Assembly: GCA_001871075.1 (NCBI GenBank)
Contig: MNUP01000047.1
Coordinates: 1 to 49,032, forward strand
Reading direction: 5' to 3'
Length of the DNA: 49,032 nt
Source: Candidatus Desantisbacteria bacterium CG1_02_49_89
Lineage (GTDB): Bacteria > Desantisbacteria > UBA1551
Each line of letters starts with the position of its first letter. Positions within the stretch are counted from its first letter, which is position 1. This document shows positions 19,473-29,407 of this stretch, in pieces. A program made the translations under genes and the position numbers. The notes below the pieces were generated by a model that was given only the letters and a program-made list of their open reading frames with translations, had not been told where the DNA came from and searched no databases.

Positions 19473-19547
19473 GTCCCGATAACTGACGTTATCGGGACGG
19501 GTGGAAGAGTGGAACGACAGGCGTTCATTTATACAGAGCACCCAGGA
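19473..19547 (+). repeat. ~75-nt tRNA D-loop-inserted element, copy 2
   Basis: Perfect 11-bp hairpin gtcccgataac/gttatcgggac, then gggtggaagagtggaacgacag...cagagcacccagga. Confidence 0.8.
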
Positions 19548-19659
19548 ACCGCATCACTTATGTTAACCGATGATTAATTGTAATATTTTGGGTTGGGATC
19601 CGCCCGTACCTTTCAGGTCGGGCGAGATCTCGCCCACTTGCCTATAAGGCAAGATGGGC

Positions 19660-19747
19660 GGAGAGATGGCCGAGCGGCTTAAGGCGTGCGCTTGGAGAGC
19701 GTATAACCTGAAAGGGTTCGTGGGTTCGAATCCCACTCTCTCCGCCA
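19660..19747 (+). tRNA. tRNA-Ser (GGA)
   Basis: Acceptor ggagaga/tctctcc+g+cca, anticodon loop ttGGAga, long variable arm, T arm gtgggttcgaatcccac. Confidence 0.96.
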
Positions 19748-20094
19748 TACTACGCTCTACCTGATTATGCACAGGAAGTGTACCGAGCTTCGAATGGCAG
19801 GTTTTTAAAAAGGTAAAAAAATGTATTATGTATATATTTTAAAAGATCAAGACAACAAAACATATATTGGTTCAACCAATAACATAGAAAGAAGACTCAG
19901 GGAACACGGGGAAGGTTGTTGTTATTCGACAAGATATTTTAAGAAAGCAGTTCTAGAAGCATATATTGCTGTGAAGGATGAGTCAACAGCAAGAAAGTTG
20001 GAAAAGTATTTAAAGGTAGGTTCAGGCAAAGCATTTCTTAAAAAGAGAATTTTAACTGACGAAGCCTCGGCGTAGTCAGTCCCACTCTCTCCGC
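19746..20094 (+). mobile_element. 349-bp GIY-YIG cassette bounded by a 15-bp duplication of the tRNA-Ser 3' end
   Basis: tcccactctctccgc at 19731-19745 and again at 20080-20094; palindromes at both ends; no integrase. Confidence 0.65.
19821..20075 (+). CDS. Small stand-alone GIY-YIG nuclease
   Basis: YYVYILK...TYIGSTNNIERRLREH...ARKLEKYLKVGSGKAF; AT-rich. Confidence 0.9.
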   Translation: MYYVYILKDQDNKTYIGSTNNIERRLREHGEGCCYSTRYFKKAVLEAYIAVKDESTARKLEKYLKVGSGKAFLKKRILTDEASA

Positions 20095-20201
20095 AGTTTT
20101 TCGCTACAGCGAAAAACTAGAGCAATTGAGCAATGGAAAATAGAAAATGGATAAAGACAAAGCGATATTGCGGTCTATTTTCTATTGATCCATTTTCGGA
20201 A
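20095..20201 (+). repeat. ~105-nt structured tRNA trailer element, copy 2
   Basis: Hairpin agtttttcgc/gcgaaaaact; shares attgcggtctatt(c/t)tctattg(t/a)tccattttc with copy 1. Confidence 0.8.
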
Positions 20202-20244
20202 ATTTTGCTATAGTTTATAGTCTAATGATCGAATAGAGGCTTAA

Positions 20245-21969
20245 ATGGCTTACCTTACTTTAGCGAGAAAATACAGGCCGCAGGACTTCGACGGAGTTGT
20301 GGGCCAGTCGCACATTACACAGACCCTGAAGAACTCCCTTGAATCCGGCAGGATTTCGCACGCTTACCTTTTTAGCGGGCCCAGGGGCATCGGAAAAACT
20401 TCAACGGCAAGGATCCTGGCAAAATGCCTGAACTGCGAAAAGGGCCCCACGGTCAATCCCTGCGGTAAATGCTCTATGTGCCTGGAGATAACCGAGGGTT
20501 CGTCCATGGATATCGTTGAGATAGACGCGGCATCGCACAGGGGCATAGATGAGGCAAAAGATCTGATTGAAAAGGTAAGATTTGTATCAGGGGCCGCGCG
20601 GTATAAAATGTATATCATTGACGAAGTGCATATGTTAACCCCCCAAAGCTTTAACGCTCTCTTGAAAACCATAGAGGAACCTCCCCCAAATGTAATATTT
20701 GTTCTTGCCACCACAGCTCCGCATGATATCCCCCAGACGATCCTTTCGCGCTGCCAGTGGTTTGTTTTCAGGCGCATCTCGGTGCAGGATATGATAAAGC
20801 ACCTGGCAAGGATAAGCAGCCTGGAGAAGATCAAGATCAGCGAGAGCTCGCTTTTCGCGATAGCAAGGCATTCGGAAGGTTCCCTGAGGGACGCTGAGGT
20901 GAGCCTTGAGCAGGTGATCTCATTCAGCGGCACCGACGTGCAGGATGAAGACGTAAGTGCGCTCCTGGGCGTGATAAAGCTTGATTTCTACAGGAACTAT
21001 TTCAAAGGCATAATTACCGGGGATGTGCAGTCCGCGGTCAGCCTGACAGGCGAGATCATGGACAGCGGTTATGAGATAGACGATTTTATCCAGGGCTTGC
21101 AGGAATACGCGCGCAACCTTATAGTGCTCAAGGACGGCCAGGCCCGGGTTTCAGACGCGAATCTTTCCCTGGTTGACCTTCCGGTTGAGGACGTAAAAAA
21201 GCTGAAGGAAGAAACCGCGTGTTTCAGCGAGGAAGAACTTGTGTGGATGGTGGACGCGATCTCGCAGGCGCAGAAAGACCTGCACAATTTCGGGATGGGC
21301 GGCCAGGAAAGGCTGATACTTGAACTGATGGCGATAAGGCTGGTAAAGCACGGCATAAAAAAGCAGGCCGGTGCCGCATCGAAAAACCCGGAAGCCCGGC
21401 AGGTTGCTGTCCAGCCGACAAAGGATCATGCTCCTGTTCCTCCTCCCCCTACTGTTCCGCATCCTGCTCCGCAGGAGCAGGACAAACCGAAGGTTGTTCC
21501 TGCTGTTGCGCCAAAGGTTGGGCAGGCGCAGCCCGCTTCGCGCAGCGATAACGAAGATCCCCGTCCTGCACCGGCCCCAAAGGAAAAAATTGCGCCCGGG
21601 CATAAAGAAATAAGCCTTGAAGCAGTGCTGGAAGGATGGGGAAGTTTTGTGCAGATCATTAAGGAAAAAAAGCCGGGTATGGCTCAATTTCTGGAAGAGG
21701 CAAGGCCGAAGGAGTTGAAAGAAGGCACACTCACGGTATCTTTCAATAAAGAACTTGAGTTCCAGAGAAAAAGGGCAGAGGAAAAAGAGGATAAAAGTTT
21801 TATTGAGTCAACGCTTAAAGAAGTATACAGCGTGCCTTTGAAGATCAAGTACCTGCCCGGCGATCACGCGCAGGAAGAAAAGATCAAGAAGGCCGAGGAT
21901 GAGCCGCTCTTGAAAAAGACGCTTGAGATTTTCAAGGCAAAAATAGTGGACAGAAAGAAAATCCAGTGA
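20245..21969 (+). CDS. dnaX: DNA polymerase III subunit gamma/tau
   Basis: LARKYRPQ, GPRGIGKT, EIDAAS, IIDEVHML, SRC motif; Pro-rich linker. Confidence 0.96.
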   Translation: MAYLTLARKYRPQDFDGVVGQSHITQTLKNSLESGRISHAYLFSGPRGIGKTSTARILAKCLNCEKGPTVNPCGKCSMCLEITEGSSMDIVEIDAASHRGIDEAKDLIEKVRFVSGAARYKMYIIDEVHMLTPQSFNALLKTIEEPPPNVIFVLATTAPHDIPQTILSRCQWFVFRRISVQDMIKHLARISSLEKIKISESSLFAIARHSEGSLRDAEVSLEQVISFSGTDVQDEDVSALLGVIKLDFYRNYFKGIITGDVQSAVSLTGEIMDSGYEIDDFIQGLQEYARNLIVLKDGQARVSDANLSLVDLPVEDVKKLKEETACFSEEELVWMVDAISQAQKDLHNFGMGGQERLILELMAIRLVKHGIKKQAGAASKNPEARQVAVQPTKDHAPVPPPPTVPHPAPQEQDKPKVVPAVAPKVGQAQPASRSDNEDPRPAPAPKEKIAPGHKEISLEAVLEGWGSFVQIIKEKKPGMAQFLEEARPKELKEGTLTVSFNKELEFQRKRAEEKEDKSFIESTLKEVYSVPLKIKYLPGDHAQEEKIKKAEDEPLLKKTLEIFKAKIVDRKKIQ

Positions 21970-21979
21970 GGAGGTCTTT

Positions 21980-22702
21980 ATGAAGAAGATATTTATGTTT
22001 TTGGCGATTGCATTAACTTTCAACTTTTCCCTATGGGATCCCTTTGGGACAACTTTTTTAATTTCAAACTGTTTCTCGCAGGAGAAAGGGCTTGTGGCTT
22101 ACTGGAGTTTTGACGAGGGCTCAGGCAAAATTGCCAAGGACGCGGCGGGCAAGAACAACGGTGATATTATCGACGCGGAGTGGACAGCGGGGAAGGTTGG
22201 GAAAGCGCTTAAATTCAGCGGCGAAGGCAGTTTCATAGATATTCCCGTTTCTGACAGCCTTAACATTGACGGTTCGGTTACGGTGGAGTTGTGGGTGAAG
22301 CATGAAGGGGATGAATACAAGGAATGGGAATGCATACTTGCAAAGGGCGATCACGCTTACAGGCTGCATATCCGCCCGGGAACTTTTGAATTTGATTTCG
22401 GGGTGAATACGGGCGGCGAATTCCACGACCAGGTTTCCGGCATAAAACCCGAACCCGGCAAGTGGTACCACGTCGCGGGGACATATGACGGCGCTAAAAC
22501 ATGCGTATATGTTAACGGAAAGCTTGCCGCTTCAGGCGCTGAATGGTCCGGGCCCATAGACACAAACGACCTGGACCTGTATATCGGGGACAACAGCGAG
22601 GCAACAGGCAGGTTTTTTAAGGGGATCATAGACGAGGTAAGGATCTACAGCAGGGCGCTTTCCGAAGCAGAGATAAAAACGCGCTACGATAAGGAAAAAT
22701 AG
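21980..22702 (+). CDS. Exported LamG/concanavalin-like domain protein
   Basis: Signal peptide; GLVAYWSFDEGSG, WYHVAGTYDG, FKGIIDEVRIYSRALS. Confidence 0.85.
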   Translation: MKKIFMFLAIALTFNFSLWDPFGTTFLISNCFSQEKGLVAYWSFDEGSGKIAKDAAGKNNGDIIDAEWTAGKVGKALKFSGEGSFIDIPVSDSLNIDGSVTVELWVKHEGDEYKEWECILAKGDHAYRLHIRPGTFEFDFGVNTGGEFHDQVSGIKPEPGKWYHVAGTYDGAKTCVYVNGKLAASGAEWSGPIDTNDLDLYIGDNSEATGRFFKGIIDEVRIYSRALSEAEIKTRYDKEK

Positions 22703-22707
22703 GCTAT

Positions 22708-23475
22708 ATGGAACAGGATCACGCAGGCGCGGCCCAGGCAGCAGGAGAGGTTTTTTACAGGTTTATCTGGACCGCCTACGACAACCTGGGAAAGCTTATA
22801 CTGGCCAATGTGCTTTGGTTCGCCATGACGGTTCCCTTTTTCACCGTGTTTTTGTGCAGGCGCAAAATGCCTGATGCTCTCTATTTTGCCGTGTTCCTGG
22901 GTTCCATCCTGCTTTCCGCGATCGCTTATTCGTCGGTTGCCGGCCTTACGTTCTCGATCGCAGAGGGCAGGGACACGGATGTTATAAGGGAATTTTTTTC
23001 CCGGATGAAAAAGAGCTGGAGGAAGTCCGCGGTCCTTAGCCTGGCAATCCTGGCAGTCGCGCTTGCGGCTGTCGCTGACATAAGGTTTTATGCCGGGGTG
23101 AGAACAAGCGGTATTTTAAGGGTGATCCTGACCGGGGCCGGTATATTTATACTGTTTGCTGCCGGGATGATGCAGGATTATATTTTTCCGCTTCTTGCCC
23201 AGAGGGACATTAAAGCCGGGGATAACCTAAAGACAAGCGCGGCCCTTGTTATTGACAACTTCGGTTTTACGTTTATAATTTTCTTCCAGGGGTTGCTGCT
23301 ATTTTTCATTTTCGGCGTTTCGCTTGTCGGAATCCCTTTTTTCTTCGCGTCTTTTCCCAGCCTGCTTTTCAACACCGGATTGAAAGTACTTTCAGTAAGA
23401 AAGTACGGGATGCCCGGAGAGCTGAGGGACGAAAAAAGGGGATGGAAGGAATTCTGGCAGCCGTGGAAAACATAA
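22708..23475 (+). CDS. Integral membrane protein (DUF624/YesL-like)
   Basis: YDNLGKLILANVLW, multiple hydrophobic helices. Confidence 0.6.
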   Translation: MEQDHAGAAQAAGEVFYRFIWTAYDNLGKLILANVLWFAMTVPFFTVFLCRRKMPDALYFAVFLGSILLSAIAYSSVAGLTFSIAEGRDTDVIREFFSRMKKSWRKSAVLSLAILAVALAAVADIRFYAGVRTSGILRVILTGAGIFILFAAGMMQDYIFPLLAQRDIKAGDNLKTSAALVIDNFGFTFIIFFQGLLLFFIFGVSLVGIPFFFASFPSLLFNTGLKVLSVRKYGMPGELRDEKRGWKEFWQPWKT

Positions 23476-23623
23476 AAACAGTGTCAGCGTGTCAGCGTGT
23501 CAGAGTGTCAGAGCAAAAGCAAGGAATTGATTGTAACTCAGGGCTTCAGCCCTGATTTAGATAATCATTGTAATCACAAGTTAAAAATCACTGTAATCAG
23601 TTTCTTAAAAAAAGGAGGGGAAG

Positions 23624-23860
23624 ATGTTAACTTTTATCGGTGGTATCGTGGCGTTAGTCGTCGGTGCGTGGTTGTGGACAATTACAATAGCCGGGCACCA
23701 GTTATTCAGGCTTTTTCTTAAGGCGCTGGCAGCCGTAGTGCCATTCTGCCTGGTTATGATGGGGATCGTGGGGATAATCGCGGGTATTTCAAGCATTAAG
23801 GAAAAAGCCGCGGAGAAAAAGGAAGAGAAAAAAGAGCCTGTTCCGGAAGAAAAGAAATAG
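23624..23860 (+). CDS. Small hypothetical membrane protein
   Basis: AGGAGG RBS, two hydrophobic helices, charged tail. Confidence 0.65.
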   Translation: MLTFIGGIVALVVGAWLWTITIAGHQLFRLFLKALAAVVPFCLVMMGIVGIIAGISSIKEKAAEKKEEKKEPVPEEKK

Positions 23861-23874
23861 GGTTACAGGTTCAG

Positions 23875-23907
23875 TCCCTGCTACGCTCTTCGAGCTTCGC
23901 AGGGCAG
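23875..23907. repeat. CTACGCTC-TTC-GAGCTTCG palindromic element
   Basis: ccctgctacgctcttcgagcttcgcaggg; homologous to 19744-19798. Confidence 0.7.
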
Positions 23908-24015
23908 ACGGTTTAGAAAATACGGATTCGGACGGATAAAAAATCTGAATTTATTCGGATTATTATCCGTATGCATTCGTTTAGTTCATCCGTATGCATC
24001 CGTAAAGACGAATAG

Positions 24016-25308
<1,293 letters not shown>

Positions 25309-25346
25309 GGATTAGTGATCAGGGATCAGATATTAGGGAAGGAAAT

Positions 25347-25381
25347 AAAAAAAGCCGCGGAGGAAATTCCGCGGCTTTTTT
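25347..25381. terminator. Bidirectional intrinsic terminator between convergent eno and asd
   Basis: A-run-GCCGCGGA-loop-TCCGCGGC-T-run. Confidence 0.85.
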
Positions 25382-25388
25382 AATAATG

Positions 25389-25435
25389 GGGACAGTCCCG
25401 TTCTACCGCTTTCGGCCGGTAAACGGGACAGTCCC
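25389..25435. repeat. GGGACAGTCCC-bounded composite element overlapping the asd 3' end
   Basis: GGGACAGTCCC-G-TTCTAC-spacer-GTAAA-C-GGGACAGTCCC; other copies at 25894-25952 and 48646-48692. Confidence 0.8.
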
Positions 25436-26494
25436 CTGCTTTATAAGCAGTTCCGCGATCTGGACGGCGTTGAGAGCCGCGCCCTTGCGCAGGTTATCTG
25501 AAACCACCCACAGGTTGAGCCCGAAAGGTATTGATCTGTCCTCGCGTATCCTTCCGACGTATACAGGGTCTGTGCCCGCTGCATCAACAGGCAGGGGGTA
25601 TTCCGATCTTGCGGGGTCATCAACCACTGCGACCCCCGGAGCTTTCCGCAGGATCTTTTTCGCTTCGCTGGCAGTCAGTTTTTTTCCGAATTCAAGGTTC
25701 ACTGCCTCGGAATGGCTCACGAATACGGGAACCCTGACGCAGGTTGCGGTCAGAGGCATCCGCGGTTCGTCCATGATCTTGCGGGTCTCGTTAACCATCT
25801 TCATTTCTTCCTTAGTGTAGCCGTTCTCTTCGAACTTGTCAATGTGGGGGAAGAGGTTGAAGGCGATCTGGTGGGGAAGAACCTTACCTTTTTGGGACAG
25901 TCCCGATTCTACCCCCCGATGTCCATCGGGGCGGTAAATCTGGGACAGTCCCCACCCTGAGGCTACGATTTTTTTTGTTTCCGCCTTCATTTGCTCAACG
26001 GCCTCTTTACCCCAGCCGGATACTGACTGGTACGTTGAAACCACGATCCTTTTGATGCCTGCCTTAAGGTGCAGGGGGTATATCGCCACCACCATCTGTA
26101 TCGTGGAGCAGTTGGGATTGGCTATTATGCTTTTATGCTCAAACGCGGCATCAGGATTGACCTCGGGAACGACAAGAGGAACATCTTTGTCCATCCTGAA
26201 CGCGTTGCTGTTGTCGATCACCACAGCCCCGGATCTTGCCGCTACCGGGGAAAATTCCTTGCTCAGTTCAGCCCCGATCGAAAACAGGGCATAGTCTATC
26301 CCTTTGAAGGAATTATTACCCAGGATCTCGACCTTCCCGGTTTCGCCTTTGAATTTTAAGTTCCTGCCCGCGGAGCGTTCGGAAGCAAGCAGCCGGATCT
26401 TTTTAACAGGGAACCGGCGCCGCTCCAGGGTCCTCATCATTTCCTGCCCTACAAGCCCGGTTGCGCCTACCACCGCCACATTATACTGCTTCAC
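25403..26494 (-). CDS. asd: Aspartate-semialdehyde dehydrogenase
   Basis: VAVVGATGLVG, ANPNCSTIQ, STYQSVSG, TCVRVPV..SHSE, DNLRKGAALNAVQ. Confidence 0.97.
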   Translation of the reverse strand: MKQYNVAVVGATGLVGQEMMRTLERRRFPVKKIRLLASERSAGRNLKFKGETGKVEILGNNSFKGIDYALFSIGAELSKEFSPVAARSGAVVIDNSNAFRMDKDVPLVVPEVNPDAAFEHKSIIANPNCSTIQMVVAIYPLHLKAGIKRIVVSTYQSVSGWGKEAVEQMKAETKKIVASGWGLSQIYRPDGHRGVESGLSQKGKVLPHQIAFNLFPHIDKFEENGYTKEEMKMVNETRKIMDEPRMPLTATCVRVPVFVSHSEAVNLEFGKKLTASEAKKILRKAPGVAVVDDPARSEYPLPVDAAGTDPVYVGRIREDRSIPFGLNLWVVSDNLRKGAALNAVQIAELLIKQGTVPFTGRKR

Positions 26495-26614
26495 GGTAAC
26501 TCCTTAAAAAATAACCACGGAGACACTGAGACACGGTCGCCCCTGCGGCGACCCGCCGATGAGGCGGGAGACTATCTTAAAAATATTTTCTCTGTGCCTC
26601 TGTGCCTCTGTGGT

Positions 26615-27700
26615 TCATTTTGTGTTTTTAATGAATTTGCAGACCAGGTCGCCGACCTCGCTTGTGCCCATTCCCATTTTACCTGCCGCAAGGTCCTTGA
26701 TATGCCCTTCATTTACGATCTTAATGACGGCGTCTTCAACTGCCTTTGCCGCTTTTGCCTCACCAAGCGTTTCAAGCATCATTCCGGCAGCGCAGATCGC
26801 CGCCAGCGGGTTTATCATGTTCTTGCCGGCGTATTTGGGAGCGGAGCCGTGTATGGGTTCAAACATCGATACTCCTTCCGGGTTAAGGTTCGCGCCTGCG
26901 GCGATCCCCATCCCTCCCTGTATCACAGCGCCCAGGTCCGTTATTATGTCCCCGAACATGTTGCACGTGACTATGACGTCGAAATATTCGGGATTTTTTA
27001 CCATCCACATGCAGGTCGCGTCCACGAACGCGTAGTCCTTCCGGACGCCCGGAAATTCATTTCCGACTTCCGCGAAGGTCCTGCGCCAAAGGTCGTGGGC
27101 GTACGTCAGGACATTCGCCTTATCGCAGAGCGTGAGCATTTTTCTCCCGCCCCGCTTTTCCGTAAATGCGTAGGCAAACCTTATGATCCTTTCAACGCCC
27201 TTCCTGGTGTTTATGTCCTCCTGGATGGCGACTTCGTCAGGGGTGCCTTTTTTCAGGAATCCGCCCGCGCCGCAATACGCGCCTTCGGTGTTTTCCCTGA
27301 CAACAACGAAGTTAATATCCGCAGGCCCTTTGTCTTTCAGGGGAGTCCACACGCCGGGATAGAGTTTGACGGGGCGCAGGTTCACGTATTGGTCAAGGGC
27401 GAACCTTATTTTTAAAAGCAATCCTTTTTCAAGCAATCCCGGTTCAACCCGGGGATCGCCGACAGCGCCCAGGTAAATAGCGTCCGCCTTTCTGAATTCT
27501 TCGATGGCGGAATCAGGAAGGATCTCTTTTGTCCTGATGTATCTTTCCGCCCCGAAATCGTAATTGATGCGGTTGAATTTCAGCCCGAATTTGCCGCTTA
27601 CCGCGTCCAGGATCTTCGATCCCTCGCGTATTATTTCGGGGCCGACCCCGTCGCCGGGCAGAACCGCTACGTCATAACTTTTTTTATTGCTGTCCTTCAC
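26615..27700 (-). CDS. leuB: 3-isopropylmalate dehydrogenase (isocitrate/isopropylmalate family)
   Basis: LPGDGVGPE, RENTEG, NMFGDIITD, FEPIHGSAP; GTG start after AGGAG. Confidence 0.85.
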   Translation of the reverse strand: MKDSNKKSYDVAVLPGDGVGPEIIREGSKILDAVSGKFGLKFNRINYDFGAERYIRTKEILPDSAIEEFRKADAIYLGAVGDPRVEPGLLEKGLLLKIRFALDQYVNLRPVKLYPGVWTPLKDKGPADINFVVVRENTEGAYCGAGGFLKKGTPDEVAIQEDINTRKGVERIIRFAYAFTEKRGGRKMLTLCDKANVLTYAHDLWRRTFAEVGNEFPGVRKDYAFVDATCMWMVKNPEYFDVIVTCNMFGDIITDLGAVIQGGMGIAAGANLNPEGVSMFEPIHGSAPKYAGKNMINPLAAICAAGMMLETLGEAKAAKAVEDAVIKIVNEGHIKDLAAGKMGMGTSEVGDLVCKFIKNTK

Positions 27701-28466
27701 CTGTTTTCTCCTTTTCCTGTGCCTCAAGCCTTTTCATTATGCTGGTTTCTGTCTGCGTCTTGTCCACCGGTATATCAAGCGTTATGGTCCTTTTACCGCT
27801 GGAAAGCTTTACGGATCTTCTGTCTATTGAAACCACCTTGTAGCCGTCTATCACGTCGTTCAGCTGGAGTATCTGGTTATTGATGACAACGGATGATTCC
27901 CCGTTTTTCGACTTGATGGTGCCGTTCAGTGTGAACGGGGAGGCATTTTTCATTTCTTCCCTGGAAAAACCGGATGTATAGTCAGCCATGTCGTCGGGCG
28001 TAAATTTTATGGACCCGAAATATTTTTCGATCCCTACAGCCGGTGCCAGGGGGTCTCTCCTGCCCCTTGAAGAATAATCAAACCTCTGCGCAAGTTCCTT
28101 TGCCTGCAGTTCTTTCAGTAGTTTCTGCGTTCCTGACGTTGCCTGCGTGGATTGTTTGACCGCTGCCGCAGGCACTGCGGCTTTGGGAGCCGGGGCTTGT
28201 ACCTTCGGCTGTTTTGCGGCCGGTTGCTGCGGCGCGGCCGTAGGTGCCTGCGGAACTTGTTTCTCAAGGGCGCGTACCTTGACATTGGCAGTTCCGGGCG
28301 GCACAACGCCTTTTTTGCGCATGTCCGCTATTTCCTGCATGGTATATTTTTTATGAGGCAGCAATGCTTTAAAACCGCCCTTCCTCCGCACGAAGATGAA
28401 CAGGCATATAACCGCGTAAGCGGCTATATTTATTATGATGATCAGTTTTTTCAGCTTGGGGTTCAT
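27684..28466 (-). CDS. Bitopic pilus/T2SS accessory protein (PilP/GspB-like)
   Basis: N-terminal TM helix, Ala/Pro/Gln linker, RRDPL, LNG...VVINNQ..D.IDG..V..I; next to pilins. Confidence 0.55.
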   Translation of the reverse strand: MNPKLKKLIIIINIAAYAVICLFIFVRRKGGFKALLPHKKYTMQEIADMRKKGVVPPGTANVKVRALEKQVPQAPTAAPQQPAAKQPKVQAPAPKAAVPAAAVKQSTQATSGTQKLLKELQAKELAQRFDYSSRGRRDPLAPAVGIEKYFGSIKFTPDDMADYTSGFSREEMKNASPFTLNGTIKSKNGESSVVINNQILQLNDVIDGYKVVSIDRRSVKLSSGKRTITLDIPVDKTQTETSIMKRLEAQEKEKTGEGQQ

Positions 28467-28475
28467 TTTTTCCTC

Positions 28476-29003
28476 CTACCATTCAGGAAAGGTTTCGCCT
28501 GAAACATCGTTCCCGCTGCGTATAACCAGCACCAGCCCCACCTCTTCATGGTCCAATTTATAGATGTAGAACCAGCCGTCCCATCTCTGTGTGTAAAGGT
28601 CGGTAACGAATGTTTCGTCCGTGTCTTCAAGCATGGTGACCCAGTTGCCGGGAAAATTATCATCCTCGCCCGGGATCAGGTTAGTAGGGATCTTCCTGAG
28701 GTAGTTGGAAGCAGGGGCGATGATCTCGGAGCTGCCGCCCCGGTCGGTTCCTGTATGTCCAATTGCGTAATCCCCGGCCACTATCTTTGAGGGGAAATGG
28801 TTTGTGTCAACGCTGTACATTGACATGGCATCCCTGAGGATCCGCAGGTTTTCCTTTGTGACTTTTTCCCTTGCCCTCTGGATATAAGTGAGACCGTTTT
28901 GGATCGAAATGACTGACAGTATCCCGATGATGTTCACTACTATCATCAGTTCAACAAGCGTAAACCCGCCCTGGCCTTTCCCGGATTTAATTTTATCGAA
29001 CAT
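28476..29003 (-). CDS. Type IV pilin / GspG-like pseudopilin
   Basis: G|FTLVELMIVV prepilin site, ARE...ENL..LRDA..MY, YLRKIP. Confidence 0.85.
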   Translation of the reverse strand: MFDKIKSGKGQGGFTLVELMIVVNIIGILSVISIQNGLTYIQRAREKVTKENLRILRDAMSMYSVDTNHFPSKIVAGDYAIGHTGTDRGGSSEIIAPASNYLRKIPTNLIPGEDDNFPGNWVTMLEDTDETFVTDLYTQRWDGWFYIYKLDHEEVGLVLVIRSGNDVSGETFPEW

Positions 29004-29023
29004 ACAGCCTCCTTGTATAATAA

Positions 29024-29407
29024 TTAGCGAAGAATATGGTCATCCCATTCAATAATGGGGTTGTTCGTTCCTATGGAGCACGTCGGGGTTTCCCCGATGA
29101 CCAGCATGCCTGCGGTACAGCCTTCGTTTTGATATGTTCCGCCCGAAGGGCACCTGGGCGTTCTCTTTATATACGTGGGCACAAGCTCTTCGGCACTAAG
29201 GATATCCCCCTTATTCTTGTTGCTGTCCATGGCATACTGTTCAACCGACATTTCTATCTGCCTGAGGGTTCTGCTGCACGCCTGCGCCCTGGATTTTTCT
29301 CTCATCGAGAAAAAGTTGGGCACGGCTATAAGTATGAGAAGCGCGATGATCCCGAATACCACAAGCACTTCAATAAGCGTGTATCCCTTTATATCTGCGG
29401 TCTTCAT
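29024..29407 (-). CDS. Type IV pilin-like protein (ComGC-like)
   Basis: G|YTLIEVLVV...IAVPNF, CPSGGTY. Confidence 0.85.
   Translation of the reverse strand: MKTADIKGYTLIEVLVVFGIIALLILIAVPNFFSMREKSRAQACSRTLRQIEMSVEQYAMDSNKNKGDILSAEELVPTYIKRTPRCPSGGTYQNEGCTAGMLVIGETPTCSIGTNNPIIEWDDHILR

Noticed and set aside
19300-19660. Possible CRISPR array (repeated CGCCC/GGGCG units with variable inserts)
   Set aside because: Units are irregular, the inserts are self-complementary and short, there is no 23-50-nt identical repeat, and no cas genes are present.
20095-20244. SRP RNA (ffs), often found between tRNA-Ser and dnaX
   Set aside because: No SRP domain IV motif (CAGG-N-GNRA loop-AGCAG) is visible. 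The region is the trailer repeat.
21360-21610. Programmed frameshift or insertion element in the dnaX Pro-rich segment
   Set aside because: The frame is continuous and low-complexity linkers are normal in DnaX. I saw no convincing slippery site plus hairpin in this segment.
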